From assembly GCA_965198225.1 (NCBI GenBank), contig CBDAOY010000007.1, positions 192,001 to 256,000 of the forward strand: a stretch of 64,000 nt of DNA, written 5' to 3'. Shown here piece after piece: positions 1 through 9,548 of the stretch. The notes under the pieces are model-generated. The model searched no databases. It saw only the letters and a program-made list of their open reading frames with translations, and was not told where the DNA came from. Position numbers and translations under genes: made by a program. Position 1 is the first letter of the stretch, and every line of letters begins with the position of its first letter. The stretch comes from Terriglobia bacterium (GTDB lineage Bacteria > Acidobacteriota > Terriglobia > 20CM-2-55-15).

Positions 1-1072
1 CGAAGGCATGGAGAACGTCACGCTGGTCCGTGGGCACGCAAGGTTCGTCGGCTCCCGCCAGGTCCGGGTCAGCCAGGACACGTTTGAAGCGGAGAAGATC
101 TTCATAGACGTAGGCGCTCGCGCCCGCATTCCCGACATCGAAGGCCTCGATGACGTGGATTATCTAACCAACTCGAGCATGATGGAAATCGACTTCCTGC
201 CACGGCATCTGATCATTATCGGCGGCAGCTATATCGGACTGGAGTTCGCTCAGATGTATCGACGCTTTGGCGCCGAAGTCACTGTCATCGAGATGGGTGA
301 TCGGCTCATCGCCCGCGAGGACGAAGACGTTTCGCAAACCGTGCGCGAGATCCTGGAAGGAGAAGGCGTCAACATTCGATTGAATGCGGAGTGCGTCAGA
401 GTGCGTCGTTCCTCAGGCGGTGTCACTGTGAATGTGAGCTGCGAGGAAGAACCCCTCGAAGTCGAGGGGACCCATCTGCTGCTTGCCGTGGGGAGGACGC
501 CCAATACCGATGACCTTGGCCTCGACAAGGCCGGCATTGAAACCGGTGGGTACGGCCACATCGTCGTCGACGATTTCCTGCGCACGAATGTCCCGGGCGT
601 TTGGGCTATCGGCGAGGTGAACGGTCGCGGCGCATTCACGCATACGTCCTACAACGACTACGAAATCGTCGCCGCCAACCTGTTCGACGACGACCCGCGC
701 CGCGTCACGGACCGCATTCTCTGTTACGGGCTCTTCATCGATCCACCGTTGGGCCGGGTCGGAATGACCGAGCGACAGGCAAAAGAGTCCGGCCGAAGTG
801 TGCTGGTCGGGAAACGGGCCATGACCCGGGTGAGCCGGGCGAAAGAATTTGGAGAGACCCGCGGGTTCATGAAAGTTCTGGTGGATGCCGACAGCAAGGA
901 GATCCTCGGTGCAGTCATCCTCGGGCTCAGCGGCGACGAAGCCATCCATTGCATTATGGACGTGATGTACACGGGGAAGCCCTACACGACGATATCCCGG
1001 GCGGTCCACATCCACCCAACGGTCGCCGAACTGATCCCAACCGTTCTTCAAGAATTGAAACCGATGACGTAA
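1..1072 (+). CDS. FAD-dependent pyridine nucleotide-disulfide oxidoreductase (dihydrolipoamide dehydrogenase/mercuric reductase-like family), 5'-truncated by the window edge
   Basis: NAD-binding GGSYIGLE, GRTPN, TNVPGVWAIG and C-terminal HIHPTVAE motifs. The N-terminal FAD/CxxxxC part lies outside the window. Confidence 0.9.
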   Translation, partial: EGMENVTLVRGHARFVGSRQVRVSQDTFEAEKIFIDVGARARIPDIEGLDDVDYLTNSSMMEIDFLPRHLIIIGGSYIGLEFAQMYRRFGAEVTVIEMGDRLIAREDEDVSQTVREILEGEGVNIRLNAECVRVRRSSGGVTVNVSCEEEPLEVEGTHLLLAVGRTPNTDDLGLDKAGIETGGYGHIVVDDFLRTNVPGVWAIGEVNGRGAFTHTSYNDYEIVAANLFDDDPRRVTDRILCYGLFIDPPLGRVGMTERQAKESGRSVLVGKRAMTRVSRAKEFGETRGFMKVLVDADSKEILGAVILGLSGDEAIHCIMDVMYTGKPYTTISRAVHIHPTVAELIPTVLQELKPMT

Positions 1073-1264
1073 GGTGGGTACCGGCGCAACGCCCGAAGCG
1101 GCCGTGCGCTGGCGGACAATCAGCTGGTGTGACGGATGAGTGTTTGCCCGTGCCCGTCTTCCCCGTTCGAAAAGCGCCAGCCCTTGACCTTTAACTGTGG
1201 GGCTTCTACCCTTCGGCGAGAACCGTCATTTGTCCCAATTCTCTAAGCACATCCGCGTGTCTGT

Positions 1265-2746
1265 ATGACTCACACATTCCAACGGAGATCGTTTGCGATT
1301 GGCGTCTTCATCGTTACCCTATCGCTGCCCCTGCCGGCCGAAGGGCAAAACAATGAGTGGACTTGGAAGGCATCGGGAAGTAGCCGGACCCGGGCAGAGC
1401 TGGAAGAGATACTTCGTATTCATGAAGAATGGCGAGATTCCGATGGAAAGGGTGGTCGCCGGGCGGACCTGATCGGTGCGGACCTGACCGGCGCCGACCT
1501 GACCGGCGCGACCCTGACCGGCGCAAACTTGACCGGTGCGGACCTGACCGGCGCGAACCTGACTGGGTCGGCCTTGAAGGAGGCGATCCTGACCGGCTCA
1601 GCCCTGGACAACGCGGACCTGAGGAGGGCGATCCTGACCGGCTCAGCCCTGGACTACGCGGACCTGACCGGCGCGAATCTGACCGGCGCGGACCTGACCG
1701 ACGCGTACCTGGCCGGCGCCGACCTGAGGGAGACGATCCTGAGCGGCTCTGCCCTGGACTACGCAGACTTGAGTGAGGCGATCCTGACCGGCTCAGCCCT
1801 GGACCACGCGACCCTGACCGGCGCGAACCTCATCGATGCGGACCTGACTGGCGCGACCCTGAGCGAGGCGATCCTGGACAACGCGATCCTGTCGCGCGTC
1901 GACCTGACCGGCGCTAACCTGACCGGCGCGAACCTGGCCTTCGCGGACCTGACCGATGCGGACCTGACCGGCGCGACGCTGACCGGCGCAAACCTGACCC
2001 GCGCGAACTTGCAAGCTGCGATCTTTCAACCGAATTCCGTTCCGGAAAGCAGAGATGTTGCAACGGCGGAAAATCTGCAGTTTCTTAGGTATGAAAATGC
2101 TCCGGAGGCTCTTGTTCAGCTTCGCAACGTCTTCAAGAACGGCGGCTTTCTGGATCAAGAACGGAAGATCACCTACGCGCTAAGAAGACGCCAGGCTGAG
2201 TTACTTTGGGAAGAATGCGATTCAGCCAGCTTGTTGGCCTGTGGAGCCTATGCCTTCGACAGAATATTCTTCGACATGACTTCCCACTATGGAATGAACC
2301 CGAGTCGGCCGCTGCTGCTGGCGTTAGCCGGTTGGTTTCTATTCACGCTGATATACCGCCTGTTCATTCACTTCCCTGGAGCCTCCGGTGTTTATGTTGT
2401 AAAAAGGGGAATCTATGCAGGACGTGAACACACCAGGAGACTTCAGATTCGTCGCAGAGCTGTTCCGCCGGCGCAGAGATGGAGCCGTACCTGGAAGTAT
2501 CCGCTTCACATGTTTCTTCGAGAGTGGCGTCTCGCTCGCGCAGCCATGTTTTTCAGCTTGATGTCTACCTTTAACCTCGGATTTCAGGCTCTCAACTTTG
2601 GACGGTCGTTGAGGATGCTCACGAAGCGAGAATACGACATGAAGGCGATCGGATGGGTTCGGACGGTGGCAGGTTTTCAATCGCTGATCAGCGTGTACTT
2701 GATAGCATTGTGGGTCCTTACATATTTCGGCAGACCGTTTGAGTAG
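1265..2746 (+). CDS. Pentapeptide-repeat protein with signal peptide and C-terminal membrane domain
   Basis: Long run of A(D/N)LTG-type pentapeptides at ~1463-2020, hydrophobic N-terminus, and C-terminal hydrophobic segments (LLLALAGWFLFTLIY; SLISVYLIALWVLTYF). Confidence 0.85.
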   Translation: MTHTFQRRSFAIGVFIVTLSLPLPAEGQNNEWTWKASGSSRTRAELEEILRIHEEWRDSDGKGGRRADLIGADLTGADLTGATLTGANLTGADLTGANLTGSALKEAILTGSALDNADLRRAILTGSALDYADLTGANLTGADLTDAYLAGADLRETILSGSALDYADLSEAILTGSALDHATLTGANLIDADLTGATLSEAILDNAILSRVDLTGANLTGANLAFADLTDADLTGATLTGANLTRANLQAAIFQPNSVPESRDVATAENLQFLRYENAPEALVQLRNVFKNGGFLDQERKITYALRRRQAELLWEECDSASLLACGAYAFDRIFFDMTSHYGMNPSRPLLLALAGWFLFTLIYRLFIHFPGASGVYVVKRGIYAGREHTRRLQIRRRAVPPAQRWSRTWKYPLHMFLREWRLARAAMFFSLMSTFNLGFQALNFGRSLRMLTKREYDMKAIGWVRTVAGFQSLISVYLIALWVLTYFGRPFE

Positions 2747-2823
2747 GTCTTCATTCAGTGACTGATCCGATCACTAGTCTCAGCGAACGAAGACCGCCAA
2801 GGTGCGCTCGAAACGAGGTATCC

Positions 2824-3363
2824 ATGGATTATCCGATGAATCCCGATTTGAAAGTTGGCAACGAGTTCCCCGACTTTGAGTTGCCCGACCAAGATGGAAA
2901 GGCCCAACGTCTGTCCAAACTCATTCGGGGCTTTCCGACCGTTCTGATCTTCAGCCGGGGTTACTATTGACCAAAAGATCGTCGTCAGTTGACGACGTAC
3001 GTGAAAGAGTTGCAGCCGGAGTTTCGCGTCAACTATTGCAAGATGATCACTGTATCGGTCGATGACCGGATGAACACTAATGAGACGCGGACGGCGCTCG
3101 CGGCGGACTGGCCGTTCTTGATGGACCCGGACCGCACGCTGCTCCCCGAGCTACAGATGGTCGACCGAACGGATCCGGTGCATGGCGAGGTTTACATTCC
3201 GTATACATTCATCCTTGATCGGGGCCGGACCATATACAAGATCTACAACGGTTGGTGGTTTGTGGGTCGGCCGACGGTTGAGGAGATTCGAATGGACTTG
3301 CGGGCTCTCATGAGTCAACGTCCTGACTGGGTCTATTCGGACGAACAGTCCGCTGCAGGCTGA
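2824..3363 (+). CDS. Peroxiredoxin-like (AhpC/TSA redoxin) selenoprotein; in-frame TGA at 2968-2970 read as Sec
   Basis: ORFs 2758..2970 and 2989..3363 are in the same frame and separated only by TGA: ...FPDFELPDQDG...LIFSRGYY(U)PKDRRQL.... U sits at the catalytic Cys position of redoxin RGxxCPK motifs. RBS GAGG precedes ATG 2824. Confidence 0.85.
2980..2997 (+). promoter_or_regulatory. Putative bacterial SECIS hairpin
   Basis: CGTCGTC-AGTT-GACGACG is a perfect 7-bp stem with a G-containing tetraloop, starting ~10 nt after the in-frame UGA. Confidence 0.7.
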
Positions 3364-3382
3364 GAACGCTACCTGGCCAAAG

Positions 3383-4197
3383 ATGACTTCATACGTTCTA
3401 CGTTGCACGATCATCGCTGTTTGCTCAGCGGCGACAGCTACGATGCTCGGTGCCCAGGGCTCGAAACCCGCACTCCTTCAGGGTTCGGAGCTCGAGCACT
3501 TTCTCAAGACAGCAGACATCACTCACATCGAAAACACCGATCGCGGCGTCACAGGATCAAAGAAAGTGACGCTCGAACACGATTCGTTGACGTATTTCGC
3601 GGTTTTCAAAACGATCGATGAGTTTTTGAGCGGACAGACAACGCAGCGAAGTGGTAGTACGGCGGCCGATCCCCATGACAGCTGGAAGACGGAAGTCGCG
3701 GCATACGAACTGGACAAAATGATCGGTCTCGGGATGGTTCCGGCTACGGTCGAGCGTCGCCACGGTCGCGAGCTGGGATCAATGCAGTGGTGGGTCGAAA
3801 ACACGATGGCCGAGCGAGACCGGATCGAAGAGGGCATCCGACCGCCCGACCCGGCGGGGTGGACCGAACAGACGTACACCATCTGGTTGTTCGACAACCT
3901 GATTTACAACGTGGACCGCAATCTGGATAACATGTTGGTCACAGAGGACTGGCGGGTTTACCTGATCGACCATTCTCGATCTTTTCGGAGTGTCAAAGAG
4001 CTGCAGCGCCCGATGCTCCGGTTTTCAAGATCGCTGCTGGATGCGATCGGGAAACTTGACGAAATCTCCCTACAGGAACGGTTGGGACCCTACCTTAGCA
4101 CTTCCCAGATCGGCGCACTCCTGGAACGTCGTGATCGGATACTGGAACGGGCACGCGACCGGATTGCCGGGGAGCGGAAAACGTGCTCTACAACTAG
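3383..4197 (+). CDS. Secreted kinase-like fold protein (PI3/4-kinase/HipA-C-like); probable frameshift near 4170
   Basis: Signal peptide plus EVAAYELD, NVDRNLDN and LIDHSRSF kinase-like motifs. A shifted frame gives a natural-looking end GAENVLYN-TAG(4197) and removes the overlap with the opposite-strand gene. Confidence 0.65.
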
Positions 4198-4225
4198 TCT
4201 GCGGCCCTATCAGGGCCCCGTTCAC

Positions 4226-4948
4226 CTATGTAATCACTTCTCCATCCGGTCCGCAGCACATGCTGTCTTCGGGCTCCTTCTCGTGATCGACGGCGATCCC
4301 GGCTTTCTCTAATCGATCCTCAAATCCTTCCCGCCAGCCGGGCGATAAGGCTCGGATCTGAATCACCTTCTTGCAGTCTTCGAGGTTCTTCCGGTCGAAG
4401 TAGTACAAGTGGCATACGTCTCGAACGCTCATTCCGGCGGGGTCCCTTCTCAACGGCTCGAAAGAGTCGCCGGCGCCGACTTCCCCTTCTTCCAGGACCC
4501 GAAAATAAAAGCCCACGCGGCAGCTCTGAAGAAACATCTTTGGAAATTGCACGTTCTCCATCTTGATTCCGAGCCTGTAGCAGGGGACCCGTGGCTGAGT
4601 GACCTCGACACGGGCGTCTCCGACTTTGAACACATCGCCGACCTGGATCTTGTCTTCCGGCATTCCTTCGACGGTGAAGTTCTCTCCGAACTGCGGGTGC
4701 TTGAAATCGTTGCGGCCGAGTTCCTGCGCCCAGCGGTTGTAGTTCTCGATCGAGTAGACACAGGCTGCCTTGTAGATCCCCCCGTGACCTTTCAAATCCA
4801 CCTGCTGGTCGCCGTCCAGATTCAGGGTTCGAAGCATGACCCGGCCACTTACCGGTTCTTTGAAGATTCCGGTTGCGACCGTCTTGCCCATGTAGGGAAC
4901 TTCTTTCCTGAGAGAGACACTCACCGTGAGAAGCTTCATGACGTCCAC
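4226..4948 (-). CDS. MOSC domain protein (YiiM-like, with 3-alpha domain)
   Basis: TGIFKEPV, HGG, FGENFT, VTQPRVPCYRL and GFYFRVLEEGEV motifs. Confidence 0.9.
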   Translation of the reverse strand: MDVMKLLTVSVSLRKEVPYMGKTVATGIFKEPVSGRVMLRTLNLDGDQQVDLKGHGGIYKAACVYSIENYNRWAQELGRNDFKHPQFGENFTVEGMPEDKIQVGDVFKVGDARVEVTQPRVPCYRLGIKMENVQFPKMFLQSCRVGFYFRVLEEGEVGAGDSFEPLRRDPAGMSVRDVCHLYYFDRKNLEDCKKVIQIRALSPGWREGFEDRLEKAGIAVDHEKEPEDSMCCGPDGEVIT

Positions 4949-5415
4949 TCCTTTCAGCCGAAGGTCGGGAGTGTCCCTTCCTTACAGCGGCTGACGTATT
5001 GCTCACCCGCTTTCTGCCGGAATCTCCGCATCCGCTCGACAGCCAGATTGCCGCCTCCCCGGATCGCCAAGCGCCAGTCTAGTGTCCTGAGTTAGAAGTT
5101 CGTTCACTATCTCCGATGGATGTTGCCACTCGCTGGGTGGACGTTGAACCGATCGACAACGGGGGTATGCACGCGGCCGGCTCGGCCCTCACAACCGGCA
5201 ACTTCCATCGGCCCTGCGGGTTCGGGCGGAACGGCGCTGTCTTTGGAGTCGCTCCGCCTCGCAATGAATGAGCATTGGCTCGTCGTCGCTCCGCCAAATC
5301 CAGTGTCGTTGCGCTCCGAAATATAGCAAACGCACTTCTAATTCAGAACACTAGAGTAGGTGGAACAGTCAAGATAACGTAAAATTTTCGGTTTCTGGCT
5401 GTGGAGGGAATCACC

Positions 5416-6300
5416 ATGCTGCGAAAACGAGACGGATGCGCGTTGGCTCTGGTCGCCGTCCTGGCTAGCACCGCTTGCACCACGTCTTCGGAACGGCCGG
5501 CAGAACCGCTGCGGTTTTCGGGCATCCCGGACCAGAACACAACCGAGTTGGAAGAAAGATTCCAACCTTTTGCCGAACATCTCTCCCGGCAGCTCGGAGT
5601 CCCGGTGGAATACGTTCCATCCCGCGACTACCAGGCCGCCGTGGAGATGTTCAAGAACGGAGATATCGTCCTGGCATGGTTCGGCGGGCTGACCGGCGTG
5701 CAGGCACGCGCCGGGGTGCCTGGGGCTCGAGCCATTGCGCAGGGAGACACGGACCCGGAGTGCTATTCGTATTTCATCGCGCACCGGGACACCGGTTTGA
5801 CGCAGAAGGACGAATTTCCGAGCGATATCGGGAACTTCAAGTTTACCTTCGGCAGCGACAGTTCCACGTCCGGGAGACTGATGCCGGAGTACTTCATCCG
5901 CCAGTACACAGGTAAATCGCCCCGGGATTTTTTTACCGACCCGTTGGGCTTTTCTGGAAGCCACGACAAGACGGTCGAGCTGGTTGAGAGTGGCCAGTAC
6001 GAGGTTGGAGCTGTCAATTATCTCGTCTACGAACGGAGGGTGAATGAGGGTACCACCGACCCCGATGTCGCCCGCATAATCTGGCAGACTCCCACTTACG
6101 TCGACTACCACTGGGTCGCGCACCCGCAGATCGAGCAGGTGTTTGGCGAGGGGTTTACCGAGAGAATACAAGAGGCCCTCATCGGGATCACGGATTCGAG
6201 CCTGCTGTCGGCTCTTCCCAGAGAGCGCCTGATTCCGGCTGCCGATGAGGACTACGACCAGCTGCGGAATGTGGCCGAGCAATTGGGGATGCTGCGTTGA
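5416..6300 (+). CDS. phnD: PhnD-family ABC transporter substrate-binding lipoprotein (putative selenate/phosphonate type)
   Basis: Lipobox-like ASTAC; IPDQ, AWFGGLTGVQAR, SSTSGRLMP and SGSHDKT motifs. Confidence 0.8.
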   Translation: MLRKRDGCALALVAVLASTACTTSSERPAEPLRFSGIPDQNTTELEERFQPFAEHLSRQLGVPVEYVPSRDYQAAVEMFKNGDIVLAWFGGLTGVQARAGVPGARAIAQGDTDPECYSYFIAHRDTGLTQKDEFPSDIGNFKFTFGSDSSTSGRLMPEYFIRQYTGKSPRDFFTDPLGFSGSHDKTVELVESGQYEVGAVNYLVYERRVNEGTTDPDVARIIWQTPTYVDYHWVAHPQIEQVFGEGFTERIQEALIGITDSSLLSALPRERLIPAADEDYDQLRNVAEQLGMLR

Positions 6301-7061
6301 TTATGGAAGACGATTCGGAGAAGGGGCTGTCGCTGGAGGGGGTGTCGGTCGAATTCGGATCCCTTACAGCGCTCCGCGGCATCCATCTCGAAGTCGGCAG
6401 GGCCGAGAGACTCGGACTCGTGGGACTGAGTGGAGCCGGGAAGACCACGCTGCTCCGCCTCTTCAATGGCATGGTCCGGCCCACTCGCGGCCACGTGCGC
6501 ACGCTTGGACAGCGGCTCGATGCTCTTTCGCTCAGCAACCTGCGTAGTGTCCGGGCGCGCGTCGGCTTCGTGCATCAGGAGCTCAACCTGATTCCAAACC
6601 TGAATGCGCTTCAAAACGTGCTGCTGGGAAGACTCGGCCAGATCTCCACAGCTCGGGCTCTCGCACTGCTGACCTTCTCCTCCGGGCAGATCCTGACGGA
6701 AGTCCACGAACTCCTGGACCGGGTCGAGATCGGAGAAAAACTCTACGAAAGGGTGGACCGCCTTTCAGGGGGCGAGCGCCAGCGTGTCGCGATCGCCCGA
6801 GCTCTCTTCCAGAGACCCGAAATCCTGCTTGCCGACGAACCCGTTTCCAGCGTGGACCCGGCCAGGGCAAGATCGGTCTTGGAACTTCTTATCGACCTTG
6901 CGCAGGAACACGGGCTCACGCTTTGCGTCAGCCTTCACAACCTTGGTCTCGCGCGCGAATTCTTCCCGCGCCTGGCCGGGATGAGGGCTGGGGAAATCGT
7001 CTTTGACCGGCCGGCTGATGCCATCGCGGAAAGGGAATTTCAAAGTCTCTTCGAGCTATGA
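6297..7061 (+). CDS. phnC: PhnC-like ABC transporter ATP-binding protein
   Basis: Walker A GLSGAGKT, signature LSGGERQR, and LLADEPVSSVDP. Confidence 0.85.
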   Translation: MIMEDDSEKGLSLEGVSVEFGSLTALRGIHLEVGRAERLGLVGLSGAGKTTLLRLFNGMVRPTRGHVRTLGQRLDALSLSNLRSVRARVGFVHQELNLIPNLNALQNVLLGRLGQISTARALALLTFSSGQILTEVHELLDRVEIGEKLYERVDRLSGGERQRVAIARALFQRPEILLADEPVSSVDPARARSVLELLIDLAQEHGLTLCVSLHNLGLAREFFPRLAGMRAGEIVFDRPADAIAEREFQSLFEL

Positions 7062-7984
7062 CGGATCACAAGAACTCCATTGTTCGGTTTCTTGGCGAAG
7101 CGACGAAATCACCTCCTCGGGTATCCCTGGTCCCAAGAGCCAGGACGGGCGTATTGCTTGCGATCACCGCTCTGGCGGTGTGGGCGTTCTGGCACCTGGG
7201 ATTGCGGCCTTCGAGTCTAATTCCTTCCGCGCCGAGCCTCCAGGTGGCGATGGAGTTCTTCTCCCGGGCGCTGACCCCCGCCCTGGATTATGAGTCTTCA
7301 AACCTGCCTCCCGGTATCGTGTCCCTGCCATGGAAAGCCATCCAGGCCGCCGGAAACACCGTCATTTTCGCATCCGCCGCCATGACCCTCGCGGTTCCCC
7401 TTGCCCTGCTGCTCGGTTTTCTCGCCGCCACGGCATGGTGGACCCAGGACCCGGTTGGGGGCAGTTCTTCCTCGCGCAGGTCTGTGAAGGGAATGTTCCG
7501 GCCACTGGCCTACGGAAGCACGAGGCTTCTGATAGCCCTCATGCGCTCGATTCACGAGTTGCTCTGGGCGGTTCTCTTATTGGCGGCCTTCGGGCTGCTC
7601 CACGTCAATGCGGTTATCGCTCTGGCAATCCCCTTTGCGGGCGTACTGGCCAAGATCTTTTCAGAGATCATCGATGAGGCCCCGCGGGACACGGCACATG
7701 CTCTACGGGGAGCCGGGGCGTCGCCGTCGCAAATCTTCCTGTTCGCGCTGTTGCCGCGCGCCTTGCCCGACATGACCGCTTACACCTTCTACCGCTTCGA
7801 ATGCGCATTGCGTTCGTCGGCGGTGCTGGGCTTCTTCGGCTTCCCGACGCTCGGCTACTACATGGCCGCTTCTTTTGAAAACCTCTACTACGGCGAAGTC
7901 TGGACATACCTCTACGCCCTGTTCCTGCTGATCGTCATCGTGGAGTGGTGGAGCGGAGTCATCCGGCGGCGGTTTGCTCCATGA
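7058..7984 (+). CDS. phnE: PhnE/PtxC-family ABC permease
   Basis: RSIHELLWA, GVLAKIFSE and YRFECALRSSAVLG motifs; multiple TM segments. Confidence 0.85.
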   Translation: MTDHKNSIVRFLGEATKSPPRVSLVPRARTGVLLAITALAVWAFWHLGLRPSSLIPSAPSLQVAMEFFSRALTPALDYESSNLPPGIVSLPWKAIQAAGNTVIFASAAMTLAVPLALLLGFLAATAWWTQDPVGGSSSSRRSVKGMFRPLAYGSTRLLIALMRSIHELLWAVLLLAAFGLLHVNAVIALAIPFAGVLAKIFSEIIDEAPRDTAHALRGAGASPSQIFLFALLPRALPDMTAYTFYRFECALRSSAVLGFFGFPTLGYYMAASFENLYYGEVWTYLYALFLLIVIVEWWSGVIRRRFAP

Positions 7985-8905
7985 CGCGCCACTCCCAGAC
8001 CGTGGCTCGGCTGAAGAAGGAGCGCCCCAAGAACTGGACGGCGCGTGCCAGCGTGCTTGCGTTGTTCGTCCTTGGGGTAGGATCCTGGATAGTGGGCGAT
8101 TTCGGTACTGGTGCCATGTTCTCCGAAAGACGCTTGACGAACCTCGGGAGCTTTCTCGGCGAGCTTCGCCCCTATCCGCTCCAGTCCACGTCGTTCGACA
8201 GTGGAGTTCTTTTCCGTTGGGTTTGGGAATTGATGCAGTCCAAGGGCCTGGAGGCCACCATGACAACGCTGGCGATCTCCATCGCCGCCATCTTTCTTGC
8301 CGGGTGCGGCGGAGCGATTCTGTCCGTGCTTGCGACGCGTACGCTGCTAACGCCCTCCCCGTTTCTCCCTGCCCTGCGAGCGATCCCGTGGCCGGTGCAA
8401 TTGCTGTGGGGAGGGGTCGTAACCGGATCCAGGTTGTTCATGATCTTCGCGCGCTCCATTCCGGAATACATCTGGGCGTTCCTGTTCCTGGCCGTGCTGG
8501 GCCCAATTGCCTGGCCGCTGGTTCTGGCCCTTGCCGTGCATAACACCGGTATTCTCGGCAGGCTGGGCGCGGAGGTGGTGGAGAACACGGAGTCCCGGCC
8601 GGTGACGGCGCTTCGTGCTCTAGGGGCGACGCGCTCGCAGATTGTCTTCTCCGCGTTCTATCCCCTCGCGTTTTCTCGCTTCCTGCTCTTCTTCCTGTAC
8701 CGCTGGGAGACCTGCGTTCGGGAAGCGACGGTTCTTGGAATGTTGGGCATAGCGCGCTTCCTCGCTCGGCTTCTGGATTCAGGATGCGCGGGCGCGCAAC
8801 CATTACGACGAAATGTTCTTCTTGATTCTGCTGGGCGGGACCCTGGTCCTGATCGGAGACCTGCTCTCGGCTGGAGCGCGCGAGTGGGTCCGCCGCCAGA
8901 CCTGA
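7981..8905 (+). CDS. phnE: Second PhnE-family permease, frameshifted near 8750-8760
   Basis: RSIPEYIWA and YRWETCVREATVLGMLG motifs. The hydrophobic C-terminus SLGFWIQDARARNHYDEMFFLILLGGTLVLIGDLLS...RRQT* continues in another frame to TGA 8905. Confidence 0.75.
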
Positions 8906-9305
8906 TCGATCGGCCCTGGATTATCGAAGGGCAGCCATGCACGTATGCAAAGTTGGCATTTAGCGCAATCTGGTCGAGGAGCCCAGGGTCAGAGTGCTCA
9001 TCAATGGCACGGCGCACGAAGGCGAGGCCCGGATCATTGACCGGGAAAGTGATCAGTTCGAGCCGTTGATGAGGAAACTAAGACCGCGGACGTTTAAGCG
9101 AGCCATGCGCATCAACGCTGTGCTGATCGAAGTGGACCTCTCCGTCTAGGCGAGTTTCGGGAAGCCGCTGGAGATTTCGAATTCGATGACGAAATGGATG
9201 CCCGACTGGAAGGATCAGCGTTAGGGGGCCATTGATGTCCAAAACTGCTGGAGGAAACCTCCGGAGACGGGTTAAGGCTGTTGGGAGGCGCGAGCTTCAG
9301 GATCG

Positions 9306-9377
9306 GGTGTAGGTGCGCTCTATGAGCGCACATCGTTTCGGCTTGAAGACTGTGCGGTCATAGACCGCACCTACACC
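9306..9377. repeat. REP doublet (REPIN-like), GTAG family
   Basis: GTAGGTGCGCTCTATGAGCGCACA ... TGTGCGGTCATAGACCGCACCTAC: two inverted copies, each a GTAG tetranucleotide followed by a hairpin. Confidence 0.7.
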
Positions 9378-9548
9378 TCCTCAGGAGCTCCGCCCTTCCA
9401 ATTTTGGACAAGGATGTTCGGGAGCCGCCGGTCGCGGGCGGCCCATTGTTCAACTCGAGGACCGGAATCTGAGACCCGCCGGGCGGCGAAAGAACGTGCC
9501 TCAGGATACGGTGATGAAGCGACAGATCATTCAAATGGAGATGGATCG

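Noticed and set aside
1-1072. merA call
   Set aside because: Lacks the C-terminal Cys-Cys pair, and no mer genes are visible.
4980-5330. Possible small gene between the MOSC gene and the ABC operon
   Set aside because: No frame gives a recognisable product or a convincing start.
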